Shown: positions 10,579 to 20,309, counted from the first letter of the stretch. The stretch: DNA of 64,000 nucleotides from Verrucomicrobiota bacterium (GCA_049510745.1 JBEKYR010000008.1:192001-256000), one strand, 5' to 3'. Made by a program: numbers and translations. Notes: generated by a model from the sequence alone, not told the origin.

Positions 10579-10815
10579 GCTTTGGCGAACCGTCGTCCGG
10601 CTCAGCAGAGTTGTCCGTCCGTGTTTGTCCGTGTCCGCCATAGTTTCAACGAAGGCGGAAGCCTTGCGACGGCGGATACTTCAGCCCTCAAACTGGCCCA
10701 CTTCGAAATGGAAAAATGACCCGAGGAAGCTCGCTTTCGGCGGGACAACGCAGCACTCTTGAGAAAAGAAAAATCTTTTTGATGAATCATTAGCCTGCAA
10801 CGCTCCACTGCTGTG

Positions 10816-12351
10816 ATGAAATTCAAGCAAATACTATTTCTTGTCTTGTTGGCGGTCACGGCTTTGGTTCTGGCGGGCTGCGCGAGCCATCTGCCGAATA
10901 CCTATGTTCTTTTCCCAAAAGCTTCCGTCAACGCACACCCGGCGCGCATGCAGTTGGACACCGGTGCGTCTTCCACCGTGCTGTTCTCTATGCGGGCCAG
11001 GCGGCTGGGCCTGAAATCGGCCGAAATATCCGAACCGACGCCAATGACGTTCGATGGTCAAAGCTTCACGGCACCGCTCCCCATGTTCCGCTTCTCGTTG
11101 TTATTCCGCCTGGCTCTCCTTAGAAAACAATGGGTTCCGCCGGACGGGGTTGTTGGCTGGCCCGAAATCCGGGACAATATCCTGGTCTTCGACGCGGACC
11201 GGCGCACGGTTCGCAGCGTGCAACAACTGCCGCCAGAAACCGCCGGATGGCTCAAATTGAAAGTGGTGCCGGGCGATTGGCTGCTGCTCGAAGTGGCGAT
11301 GGCGGACGGCAAAACCGGCACGATCGAGGTGGATACCGGCTCTGTTTTCGGCGTCGAAATGCCGCCAGCACAGTGGAAGGAATGGAAGGCGGCCCATCCC
11401 AAGTCCTCCTTGCCTTCTCATCTGGGCGGCGCCGGTTCTTTTGGTGTCCACATTTGGCACATGGGTTGGGCGGACGAAATCGATCTCGGGACGCTCCTAG
11501 TGACCGATGTCGTTGTGCAAGACATGCCCGCCGCCCAAGGGGCCGTGATCCAGAGCTGCGCCCCCAACGCCAAAGCCGTCTGGAGCATTGGCATGTGTGC
11601 CCTGAACCGCGTGGACTTGGTGGTGGATGCGAAAAACGGGTTTGCCTACGTCCACCCCAAACCTCCGCCCGGACCGCCTTATCCCGGGGTTGAACGTCTG
11701 GCTGCCCGGCAGGTCATGACCAACCCTCCTGTCACCGGCGGGAATTGGACCGTCGCGGACGACGTGCGATTGAGCCCCGACAACCTTTTCCTCATCTCGG
11801 GTAACTCTAAGCGCAACAAGGACAATTGGGCCGGCGCCCTCGCTGATTTCAACCGCGCCCTGGAAATTAGCCCGAACAATGCCGACGCTTATTCCCGCCG
11901 CGGCGTGGCCAGGCAAATCGAGGGCGACTTTTCGGGCGCCCTCTCAGACTACGACAAGTTCATCGCATTGAAACCTGACGCTTCAGACTGGGAGCGTCTG
12001 TATCGCCAGACTTTGTTGTGGCGGCTGGGCCGGGCGCCGGAAGATTTTTCAAAGTCACTGGCCGGATGCAAGGACGGTTGGACGAAAACCCTCGCCCTGT
12101 TTCTGGCGGAGAAGCTGGACGAAAAGGCCTTGCTCGCGGCGGCGGAGAAGAGCGACGGCGAGCCGGTGCCCCAGCAGAGAGCCTTGGCCTCTTATTATAT
12201 CGGCGTCATGCGTCTGAGCAAAGGCGACAAGGCGGGCGCACGGGATTCCTTTCGCAAATGCCGGGCTGCCGGCATGAAGGGCGATGATGAATATCACTTC
12301 GCCGTCGCGGAGTTGCGGCGGCTGTCGCGGCCGGTCTGGCCCTGGAATTAA
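10816..12351 (+). CDS. Lipoprotein with tandem retropepsin-like aspartyl protease domains and C-terminal TPR (NlpI-like) region
   Basis: LAGC lipobox; LDTGASS and VDTGSVF motifs; TPR motifs (ALADFNRALEISPNNADAY). Confidence 0.75.
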   Translation: MKFKQILFLVLLAVTALVLAGCASHLPNTYVLFPKASVNAHPARMQLDTGASSTVLFSMRARRLGLKSAEISEPTPMTFDGQSFTAPLPMFRFSLLFRLALLRKQWVPPDGVVGWPEIRDNILVFDADRRTVRSVQQLPPETAGWLKLKVVPGDWLLLEVAMADGKTGTIEVDTGSVFGVEMPPAQWKEWKAAHPKSSLPSHLGGAGSFGVHIWHMGWADEIDLGTLLVTDVVVQDMPAAQGAVIQSCAPNAKAVWSIGMCALNRVDLVVDAKNGFAYVHPKPPPGPPYPGVERLAARQVMTNPPVTGGNWTVADDVRLSPDNLFLISGNSKRNKDNWAGALADFNRALEISPNNADAYSRRGVARQIEGDFSGALSDYDKFIALKPDASDWERLYRQTLLWRLGRAPEDFSKSLAGCKDGWTKTLALFLAEKLDEKALLAAAEKSDGEPVPQQRALASYYIGVMRLSKGDKAGARDSFRKCRAAGMKGDDEYHFAVAELRRLSRPVWPWN

Positions 12352-12528
12352 ACCTCCCGGCGCAGGAAATTCCTTACGGTCAATTGCACCAGCGCCTGCT
12401 GGTCGCCCGCAAGGTATTGGAATGGCCGTCGCCGCCCGCCCCGCCGTCCTCGTGAGGGCAAACGCATCTTATGTTTTGGTAGGGCCGTGCTGCCGCGCGG
12501 CCACTGACTATTGCAGTGCGTTAAAAAA
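12315..12528 (+). repeat. Direct repeat A, copy 2 (diverged 3' fragment of the FAD oxidoreductase gene plus one REP unit)
   Basis: Encodes AAVAAGLALELNLPAQEIPYGQLHQRLLVARKVLEWPSPPAPPSS*, versus AAVAAGLALEKNVPVQEIPYGQLRQRLLAARQVLEWPPPPAPPSP* in the intact gene. Confidence 0.9.
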
Positions 12529-12549
12529 GACATTTATTCCAATGAGCGT

Positions 12550-12981
12550 TCATCCGGACTGTAAAGTCTCCGGGTGAACCGTTCGCCAAAGAGCGACAAA
12601 TTCAGCGGGAGTCACCACACGCGCTCCACGACATTTGTCCGGCGGATAGTCAGCCGTATTGCCCGTAACAAGATAATCGGCCGGGGCCGCCAACGCGACG
12701 GCAAGAAACGGCTCGTCGTCACGGTCGGGCAATCCAAATGCCGCAGGGGATGGAGAGACCGAAACACCATCCGCTTCAAGTTTGCTCAGAACGTCCCGGA
12801 CCTGTTGCGGATCGAATTTGAAATGGGGTCGGGCCAAGACTTCCGCATATTCGGAAAGAATGCGCCCATCATAGCATCCTTGCACCACTCCCCGCAGCGC
12901 CAGCGACAGAACTGTCGCGGGATTTCCTTTGCTGTTTAAGAGACCCGACACGAGAACGTTGGTGTCGAGCACAATTCTCAC
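12550..12981 (-). CDS. PIN-domain toxin of a type II TA system
   Basis: MRIVLDTNVLVSGLL, PDRDDEPFL, LVTGN motifs. Confidence 0.9.
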   Translation of the reverse strand: MRIVLDTNVLVSGLLNSKGNPATVLSLALRGVVQGCYDGRILSEYAEVLARPHFKFDPQQVRDVLSKLEADGVSVSPSPAAFGLPDRDDEPFLAVALAAPADYLVTGNTADYPPDKCRGARVVTPAEFVALWRTVHPETLQSG

Positions 12982-13268
12982 TGCCGGGGGCGGGTTTGGC
13001 GCGCCGCGTCGATTTCCGCGTCAATCTCGTTCAGGGAGAGGCGGAAAGTTCCATTGGCCTCGGCGGACTTTTGCAGCGCCGCCATGGCTTGCAGGGCCCG
13101 CACGCTGCGAAGCGCGGCAAGAGTGGGCCCCAGACTTTCCGAATCGACAGACAGCAAAACCGCCACGGGATCGCCTTGAGAGGTGACGACCAAGCCGTCC
13201 CGATCGGTCGCTTTGAACCATTGCTCGGCCGGTTGCTGTTTCAGTTCATTGATGCTTATCGTGCTCAC
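12978..13268 (-). CDS. Phd/YefM-like antitoxin
   Basis: TISINELK...VVTSQGDPVAVL; overlaps the toxin start by 4 bp; GTG start inferred. Confidence 0.8.
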   Translation of the reverse strand: MSTISINELKQQPAEQWFKATDRDGLVVTSQGDPVAVLLSVDSESLGPTLAALRSVRALQAMAALQKSAEANGTFRLSLNEIDAEIDAARQTRPRQ

Positions 13269-13312
13269 TCGGCAAAATCTACCGCATCCGCACCTCAATT
13301 TCCAATCCTAAT

Positions 13313-13398
13313 CTTCATCCCCGGCCAACTCTTTGGTAGGGCAAGGCGGCACCGCCAAGCGGTCATCCCGACAATTTGTTCTGGTTGCCCGCCGAGCC
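13313..13398 (+). repeat. Direct repeat X, copy 2
   Basis: Matches 10493-10578. Confidence 0.85.
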
Positions 13399-13606
13399 AT
13401 TTACCCTTTGCGAGGAATTCACCGGCACTCCAAGAGCCTGTTTGCACACAGATCGATGCTGGGATTGTGAGCGCTGCGGGGCGACCTGCACCCAGGCACT
13501 GCGCGAATCAAAAGCTCTAAAAGCGGGCGAATATGAATATGGTGGGCAAGCCTTGCAAAAACAGAAAGGGGCCAACAGCCTTTTCAAGTGAATTCCTCAA
13601 CGCCCG

Positions 13607-14839
13607 TCACAAATTTGGATAGGGAGTCCATCTGTCCATTTGATCATAATTCTTGGAGCCGCGATTGTTGGTTGCCTGCCAGACCACGTCGAAAACGGGT
13701 TTCAAAATCGGGTCCGGTAAAATGTCAAACGTGTCAATTATCAGTTCCGGCAGCGGCAGAATATCGGACTCAAAAGGCGTTGTTTCGTCGAAGTCGCGCC
13801 ACCTGTTATCTGTTCCAATCTCCAGCCCTTTAACTCTGACGAGACTCATCATGAAAACAAATGGTGGTTCAACATTCATCTGCTTGTAAACAGTCAGGAA
13901 ATGATGCAACCCATGACGAGCCATTCCTTCGAGGGAAATTGCATCGAGCACTTTGTGCCGCTTGGCCGCTTTTTCTTCCTCGGAACATAGGCTCTGGCTG
14001 AAATCCAGAAACTTGCAACTGAAAACCGACTCAATCGGGCCGTATCGGAAAACCTGCACATAAGCACGTTTCGTTTGACCAGATGCCGGGAATGACAGGA
14101 AACCATCGAAATTAAACCGTTCCCGCGAAACTGGATCATGAAAGGGCTGGATTGATGCTATTTTCGTGGCAGGAATCGTCAAGTCTTCCATTCCTGCTCG
14201 CCCGCTCGGTCTGAGCGGATAAAAATGGAGAACACAGTGAGGGCACAGAGCAAGCGGAAGCGGGGTCTCTCCTCTTTCGATTTTTGTCAATCTATCTGTG
14301 CGGAAAACTTCAACCCGGCTTTTCAGCGTGGCGGACATGTCACACGCGTTTCGAATCTCCCGCATATCCAACTGGTATTTCCCCGCACTCGTTCTGGAGT
14401 AAAAGGGTGATTGTTTCTCAAACGCAACCATGTGAGGAAAAGCCCAGCTTTTCGGAACGCGAATGACAATCACCCGGCCAGAGGCAAATCCCTCGATTGC
14501 CTTCATTTTGATGCCAGGAATGCGCGGATCAATATGTGACTGCAATACTTGTTCAAGTCGTCGCAGTTCGAGGTCCACATTGATTCCAGGCAGCCCCACA
14601 ATTGCTTCGGGAATTCCGGTTGCCTTTCCTGCTTCGCGTTTATCACGTATTCCGTAAATGAGATCGCCTCCGTCTGCGTTTGCAAACGAGGATACGTCAG
14701 AAAGAAATTCCTTTTTGTCGCTGTTCGCGCTGGCAGGAAGCCGCTCTTTGTATTCAATCGTCCGGGATTCGGCGACTGGGGTCGCAACCAGCGCCTCGAT
14801 GTCTGCCCTTGAAATGGCATCAAATTCTTTTCCAATCAT
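13607..14839 (-). CDS. Schlafen/AlbA_2 domain protein with uncharacterised C-terminal domain
   Basis: ESRTIEYKE, SFANADGGDLIYGI, PHMV, FYSRT motifs; visibly lower GC than the core genes. Confidence 0.85.
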   Translation of the reverse strand: MIGKEFDAISRADIEALVATPVAESRTIEYKERLPASANSDKKEFLSDVSSFANADGGDLIYGIRDKREAGKATGIPEAIVGLPGINVDLELRRLEQVLQSHIDPRIPGIKMKAIEGFASGRVIVIRVPKSWAFPHMVAFEKQSPFYSRTSAGKYQLDMREIRNACDMSATLKSRVEVFRTDRLTKIERGETPLPLALCPHCVLHFYPLRPSGRAGMEDLTIPATKIASIQPFHDPVSRERFNFDGFLSFPASGQTKRAYVQVFRYGPIESVFSCKFLDFSQSLCSEEEKAAKRHKVLDAISLEGMARHGLHHFLTVYKQMNVEPPFVFMMSLVRVKGLEIGTDNRWRDFDETTPFESDILPLPELIIDTFDILPDPILKPVFDVVWQATNNRGSKNYDQMDRWTPYPNL

Positions 14840-15026
14840 ACCGATCTTTTGAACACTCTTCGACGAAGAATTTTATACGGCAGGCCGCGCCTATGGAGGA
14901 CGTGGCCGTCCGGCTCTGTCCTAAGCCGTTAAAAATTTCGCGGTTTACTGTCCGACTCTCCCGACTACGCCAGATTTGTTTGTACGGTGAAATTCAAACG
15001 CCTTTCCGCCGAGGCGTCAACCCCAA

Positions 15027-15058
15027 TGGTACGGCTGACGACCAACTGATTAAGAGTC
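15027..15058 (-). other. tRNA-Lys(CTT) fragment, possible att-site scar
   Basis: Minus strand GACTCTTAATCAGTTGGTCG matches the anticodon-loop/variable region of tRNA-Lys(CUU) and is followed by ...ACCA; no 5' half or T-loop. Confidence 0.55.
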
Positions 15059-15163
15059 CGTCTCCGGCTATCGCAAAGAGTTGAGTATCAACAAACGTGG
15101 AATTTTGATGCCATTTGTGGGGCCAAACGGACGGACGCTGTGAAGGTGCCCGGGCGTCTGGAG

Positions 15164-15520
15164 TTAGAAGTCGTACCACTCCCAATTATTAACGCGCGGC
15201 CCGTCCGGAAGAATGACAAGGATGACGACCAGGCGTTTCTCCGTAACGCCATATCTTTCCCACCGGTAAGTCCATGCGGTGCCGTCCCATGGCGCGGGGG
15301 TCGCTTGTCCGTAAACGCTGGCGCTGGTTTCGTCAGGCCGCCCAAGTAGCGCCCGGACATTCTCCGCGGTTTGGCCAGGCCAGAGTCTCAGTGCGGCCTC
15401 TCGCGCCTGCTCCAGGGTGACGCCGTCGCGGTCAGAAGGGGGGTCGGGCCGGAAATCCAACGGCTGCGGGGCTTGGCAAGCGGTCAGCCATAACGCGAGG
15501 AGCGGGACGGCGGTTTTCAT
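15164..15520 (-). CDS. Small lipoprotein (BamE/SmpA-like fold)
   Basis: LTAC lipobox; GQTAENVRALLGRP...WTY pattern. Confidence 0.65.
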   Translation of the reverse strand: MKTAVPLLALWLTACQAPQPLDFRPDPPSDRDGVTLEQAREAALRLWPGQTAENVRALLGRPDETSASVYGQATPAPWDGTAWTYRWERYGVTEKRLVVILVILPDGPRVNNWEWYDF

Positions 15521-16280
15521 GGGTAGAGTTTAGCTCCGGATTCCTTTTTTGGCAACGGAGAAACGGCATTGGCCACGCTGATGATGGCCAGGCGGAGGGC
15601 TTCATTGGTGGGAATGTAAATGTTCATCAACCCATAGTTTCGTTCGATTTTGTCGCAGGGGTCACCCATCGGACCGCCCGCTTTTTAACTTCTCTCGTTG
15701 ATTTCAGCGAACGCGGCGACGGCTCAACCAATCGGATTTTTTGCCACCTCTTTGCCGGCCCCAGGCAGCCTGTCCGGCACGGATAGAGGCGCCAACAAAT
15801 ATCTGTGTCAATCTGTGTGAATCTGTGGCCCGCACCCTTGGCCGTCGGTCCATCCGCCCTCCTTGCCCCACTCACTCATTCACTGATTCACTCATTCTTA
15901 TATTCGCTTTTTTTTCCTTCCGTAGGTTTTTCCCGTTGACAGACCTGTGCTTAAATCGAGCCAGCATGAATGATACATGCAAAAGGCAGACTGCTGAGTG
16001 CGGCCCGGTCAACACCGGCCCGTGGCTCGGAGACCTCTCCCATCGGATCAGCCATTCGTCGCATTCGTCCCCTTGGTCCCATTGGCTCCCCAATCAAGCC
16101 AGTCAAACCATGCATGTTCGCCCTCACGTCCGACATTTGCCGTCTTCTACAGGTGACAAACTTGACGCAAAAACTCAATCCTGCGCCGGTCCAAACGCAG
16201 ACGCCATGCACCGCCAGCATCGGAAACTACCCGTAGAGGCGGCAAAAAATGCCGGATTCAAACCGGAAAACGAATTTAAA

Positions 16281-16340
16281 AACCCGGAAAAATCCGGCCA
16301 AATCCCGGAAAATCCGGCTAAATCCGGCTAAATCGGGCCA
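16281..16340 (+). repeat. Six tandem degenerate 10-mers (AATCCGGCTA-like)
   Basis: aacccggaaa aatccggcca aatcccggaa aatccggcta aatccggcta aatcgggcca. Confidence 0.85.
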
Positions 16341-16424
16341 AAAAATGAAAATCCACAAAATGCCAGGATTTGGCGACGGCGACCAGTGACGAAAAACCTC
16401 ACAAGTGCCAAAGGAAACGGGTCT

Positions 16425-17495
16425 TCATCCTTCATCCTTCTTCCTTGTTTGCAGCCGGCAGAGCGCCTCCAACACCTTTCGATGCGCGCTCGTGAACGCC
16501 AGTTGTCTTGCCTCTGCCATGCTTTTCCAGGCGCCGGGCGGTTCCTGGCTGACCGGGAGGTTGGCGCGGAAGGCCTCGAGCAGAATCCGCGAGCGCGTGA
16601 TCGTGTGCCGGACCCGGAAAAACGGGCCGCCGCGGCCAATGGAAAACGGGGCGGCCTTACTCGCCAGGTTCCTGGTCTTGACTGGGATTTCGATATTGGG
16701 AAATTCCCACAGGCCCGCGTTCACGCCGCCGCCCGGACGACGCCGCACGAAAATTCGGCCGCGCCGGCGCGCGATGAACGCGATGAAGCGCCGTCGGCGG
16801 GCGGGTGTCCGCCGGGCCGGGGCGGGAAAGTCCCCCACTCGATTCTCCCGCCGGGCGAAACACTCCCGGCACGCCGGACAGAGGGCGCATTTGGGCCGGC
16901 GCGGCAGGCAGATCAAGGCGCCCAATTCCATCAGCGCCTGGTTGAGTTGCGACGGCTCGACGCCGCGCAGCGAGACCAGCGCCCGCGCCAGGTTCCAGAG
17001 TTTGGTGTTGACGCTTTTGCCGCGCGGGTCGCCCGCAATGCCGAAGAGCCGGCTCAACACGCGAATCACGTTGCCGTCGAGGACGGGCGCGGGTTGGTTG
17101 AAGGCGATGCTACAGATCGCCCCGGCGGTGTAACGGCCGACGCCGGGCAGCGCCAGCACATCGTCAAAGGCCTCGGGAAAACGGCCCGCATGGTGGCGCA
17201 CGATCTGCCGGGCGGCGGCTTGGGCGTTGCGGACGCGGTTGTAATAGCCCAGGCCCTCCCACAGTTTCAGGATTTTCGCCAAGGGGGCGCGAGCGAAGGC
17301 CTCCACCGTCGGCAGCGTCCGCATCCATCGCTCAAAATAGGGGATGACGGTCTTGACCTGCGTCTGCTGGAGCATGATTTCGGAAATCCAGACGGCGTAG
17401 GGGTCCCGGGTCTGGCGCCAGGGAAGGTCGCGCGCGTTTATGCGGTACCAGGCGGCCAGTTTTTTCGCGATGCGGCGCATTTTGCGCCGCCACAT
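16425..17495 (-). CDS. mutY: A/G-specific adenine glycosylase
   Basis: WISEIMLQQT, WEGLGYY, LPGVGRYTA, DGNVIRV, Fe-S Cys cluster, NUDIX-like C-terminus. Confidence 0.95.
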   Translation of the reverse strand: MWRRKMRRIAKKLAAWYRINARDLPWRQTRDPYAVWISEIMLQQTQVKTVIPYFERWMRTLPTVEAFARAPLAKILKLWEGLGYYNRVRNAQAAARQIVRHHAGRFPEAFDDVLALPGVGRYTAGAICSIAFNQPAPVLDGNVIRVLSRLFGIAGDPRGKSVNTKLWNLARALVSLRGVEPSQLNQALMELGALICLPRRPKCALCPACRECFARRENRVGDFPAPARRTPARRRRFIAFIARRRGRIFVRRRPGGGVNAGLWEFPNIEIPVKTRNLASKAAPFSIGRGGPFFRVRHTITRSRILLEAFRANLPVSQEPPGAWKSMAEARQLAFTSAHRKVLEALCRLQTRKKDEG

Positions 17496-17597
17496 CTAAA
17501 CCGGAACACTTCAGTTGAACAGGAAGAAACAGGCGGCAGAGGCTTGAAATCGAAGGGCCAATTGACGGGAGATTACGATTACGATTAAGATCAGGAC

Positions 17598-18563
17598 GTG
17601 AAACCGTTGACCAGTTATACGTGCAAATTGACCGACGCCCAGGCGGCGGCGCTGGAGGCGCATTTGCGCGGGCACGATTTCAAATTTCGCGAGGTGCCTT
17701 ACGCCCGTTTTGCCGGGGAAAAGGAGAAAACCAACGTGGTGTTTTACCAGAGCGGCAAGCTCGTCGTGCAGGGTAAGGGAACCCAGGACTTCGTCGAGTT
17801 TGTCCTCGAACCGCTCATTTTGCAGGCGGTCAAGCTGGGCTACGAAACGGTTTTGAACCCGGAGTTGCTCGCCCCGCGCATCGGCGTGGATGAGAGCGGC
17901 AAGGGCGATTTTTTCGGCCCGCTCTGCGTGGCAGGCGTTTATATCAATGAAGCGGTGGTCAAACGCTGGCAGGACGCCGGCATCCGCGATTCCAAGAATA
18001 TCGGCAGCGACCGGAGAATCGCCGAGTTGGCGCAATTGATTCGCGACACGCCGGGCTGTCTGTTCAACGTCGTGCCCATCGGCAACGAAGCCTACAACCG
18101 GCTGCACGCGAAACTCAAAAGCGTCAACACCCTCCTGGCGTGGGGCCATGCCCGCGTCATCGAGAACCTGATGGCCGTCGCCTATCGCATGAACCCAAAG
18201 CCGGTGCGCGCGATCAGCGATCAGTTTGCGCATGACAAAGGCGTCATTGCCAAGGCCCTGATGCCGCTGGGGCGGAGCGTCGAGCTGGTGCAACGGCACA
18301 AGGCGGAGGAGGACCTGGCCGTCGCGGCGGCGTCCATTCTGGCGCGCAATGAATTTGTCACGCGCCTGCGCGACCTGGGCAAACACTACGAGATGGAATT
18401 TCCCAAAGGCGGCTCGGCCGCCGTCGATGCCGCCGCCAAAGAATTTGTCGCCCGGCACGGCGCGGAGAACCTGGGCAAAGTGGCCAAGATGCATTTCCGC
18501 ACCGCCTTGCGCGCCCAAGGGCTGCCCGAACCGCCCAAGGTGAAATGGAAACGGCGCGGGTGA
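17598..18563 (+). CDS. rnhC: Ribonuclease HIII
   Basis: N-terminal TBP-like domain (YQSGKLVVQGK), IGVDESGKGDFFGP, DSK, AVAAASILAR. Confidence 0.95.
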   Translation: MKPLTSYTCKLTDAQAAALEAHLRGHDFKFREVPYARFAGEKEKTNVVFYQSGKLVVQGKGTQDFVEFVLEPLILQAVKLGYETVLNPELLAPRIGVDESGKGDFFGPLCVAGVYINEAVVKRWQDAGIRDSKNIGSDRRIAELAQLIRDTPGCLFNVVPIGNEAYNRLHAKLKSVNTLLAWGHARVIENLMAVAYRMNPKPVRAISDQFAHDKGVIAKALMPLGRSVELVQRHKAEEDLAVAAASILARNEFVTRLRDLGKHYEMEFPKGGSAAVDAAAKEFVARHGAENLGKVAKMHFRTALRAQGLPEPPKVKWKRRG

Positions 18564-18566
18564 GGG

Positions 18567-19094
18567 CTATTTCTTTTCCGCCGCTTCGAGGCGTTTGAGG
18601 TCTTCGGCCAGAAATTGCGCGACGTCTTTGAATTTTCGGACGTTTTCCGGTTTGATCTCCATCAACGTCTTGTGCGCCTCCAGACAGGCGCGGGTGATTT
18701 CGGCGCGCGACTCGCCGCCGGCCTTGGCCAGCGGCTCGAAATGGTCCGTCAACGGCTCCGCGCCGGAGGTGATCCGAAAGAGATGCGCCACGCCGAGGTT
18801 CTCGAGCACTTCGGCGATGCGCGCATTGGGATTGGACAATTCCAGCGGCGATTCCCGGGGGTTGGCGCCGTCGCAGAATTTCAAGCCGATGCCCGACAAC
18901 ATCCCCAGGAAGGTGCTGTCCATCATGGCGCAATCGCGCAACTCGAAGATGAAGCGGCGGTAGCCGCGCTGCCAGAGTTCGAGGATCAGTTTCTTCAAAT
19001 CCACGCTGCAAGTGAAATCGGCGCGGCCATTGATCCTGACGCAGACCGCCTGGTCACATACCGCCACCATTAAATTTGCCGGAGTCGGATTCAT
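18567..19094 (-). CDS. STAS domain protein (anti-sigma factor antagonist-like)
   Basis: MDSTFLG motif; LEAHKTLM C-terminal extension. Confidence 0.85.
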   Translation of the reverse strand: MNPTPANLMVAVCDQAVCVRINGRADFTCSVDLKKLILELWQRGYRRFIFELRDCAMMDSTFLGMLSGIGLKFCDGANPRESPLELSNPNARIAEVLENLGVAHLFRITSGAEPLTDHFEPLAKAGGESRAEITRACLEAHKTLMEIKPENVRKFKDVAQFLAEDLKRLEAAEKK

Positions 19095-19133
19095 GAGAAA
19101 ACCGGGGCAATATCCCGCCGGAAAGCCGGGGAG

Positions 19134-20297
19134 TCAAGCGGCGGCGGGCAAAACTGCATTGCCGGCCTGGCCCTCGGGGCGGCTGGCGATGCGCACCAAG
19201 GCCTGCTGCAAGACCAGCGCCGGGTCCAGGTTGCGCGAAATGAGCCTCTGGTTGCACTCCAGCAACAGGGCCATGGCCGCGATCAATTCCTCCCGGCTGT
19301 AGTTGCGCGCCTGCGCCGCCGCCCGATACAACACATACGGATTCAACGCGAGCGGGTTGAATTTTTTGTCCTCGGGCAGCCCTTCGGCCGGAATGCGCGC
19401 CAACTGCGCTTTGAAGCGGTGGAATTCGGATTCCGGTGTGAGCCATTTTTGCGCCATCATTTCCCGCGCGAAAATCAGCGCCCGCACCTTGCTGATCAGC
19501 CCGTAGAGCAGCCCGATCTCGTTGCGTTGCGGGTCGCGCCGCACTTCCCACAACTCCTCGTCCAGGCAGCGCAGCACCTTCGGCAAATCCCGCTCGCCCA
19601 AGGCGTCCCCCAAGGCAAAGGCGCGGGCCTGCTTGTTCCGGGTGACAATGGCATCGACGTCGGCGGCCTCCAGGCGCGGCCGCGCCCCGGCGTAGAGGGT
19701 GAGCTTTTCGATCTCGGAGCGCAACGAGCGGGGGTTGGGGCCGGCATTGGCGATCAAGCTGGCCAGGGCCTCGTCGGAGATTTCCCGGCCCAACTCGCCC
19801 AACGCCCCCAAGGCGAAGGCCTCGGCCTGCTGCACCCAGTCGCTGTCGTCGGCCGACCAGCCGGCCCGGAATTCGACCGAGCCGATTTTCTCCAGCGTCT
19901 TGTAAAAGAGCTTGCGCTTGTCCACTTTCCCGGCGCTGACCAGCAGCCGGACATCGCGCCAGTCAAAGGCCTTCAGTTCCCGGGCCAGCTCGGCGAGCTT
20001 TTCGGTGACGGCCTGGGCGGCGGCGGCGCGTTCTTCGCCCAGGAAATTGCAGTTTTGCAGCCAGACGACTTTGCCGTCGCCGAAGAAAGGGAGGGTCTGC
20101 AAGGCGGCGCGCAGCCTGGCCAGCGCGGCCAGCGCCTCGCCGCTGTTATTGACAGCAGCGTCGATGATTTCGTGGTCCGAGCCGCCGATGGCGGCGCTCC
20201 AGCCCTGGAAGACCTCGCGGGCGCGCTCTTTGACGGCGAATTCGTCCTCGCCACAGACCAGGAGGACGGGGCTTTTGGGGAGGGCGGCGGCGGGCAT
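19134..20297 (-). CDS. holA: DNA polymerase III subunit delta
   Basis: LLVCGEDEF, QTLPFFG, DKRK, EIEKL motifs. Confidence 0.88.
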   Translation of the reverse strand: MPAAALPKSPVLLVCGEDEFAVKERAREVFQGWSAAIGGSDHEIIDAAVNNSGEALAALARLRAALQTLPFFGDGKVVWLQNCNFLGEERAAAAQAVTEKLAELARELKAFDWRDVRLLVSAGKVDKRKLFYKTLEKIGSVEFRAGWSADDSDWVQQAEAFALGALGELGREISDEALASLIANAGPNPRSLRSEIEKLTLYAGARPRLEAADVDAIVTRNKQARAFALGDALGERDLPKVLRCLDEELWEVRRDPQRNEIGLLYGLISKVRALIFAREMMAQKWLTPESEFHRFKAQLARIPAEGLPEDKKFNPLALNPYVLYRAAAQARNYSREELIAAMALLLECNQRLISRNLDPALVLQQALVRIASRPEGQAGNAVLPAAA

Positions 20298-20309
20298 GGG
20301 CGGGAGGCG

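Noticed and set aside
10150..10800. Overlapping short ORFs between the SpoIIM-PDZ and protease genes
   Set aside because: No frame gives a recognisable protein; the region contains repeat X and REP-like sequences
7632..12528. Template/variable repeat pair of a diversity-generating retroelement
   Set aside because: Differences are not confined to adenines and no reverse transcriptase is in the window
9260..15520. Integron cassette array
   Set aside because: No integrase, no convincing attC (RYYYAAC...GTTRRRY) structures, and genes are in mixed orientation
15741..16331. 196-aa ORF
   Set aside because: Translation is made of short tandem-repeat-derived peptides; likely non-coding
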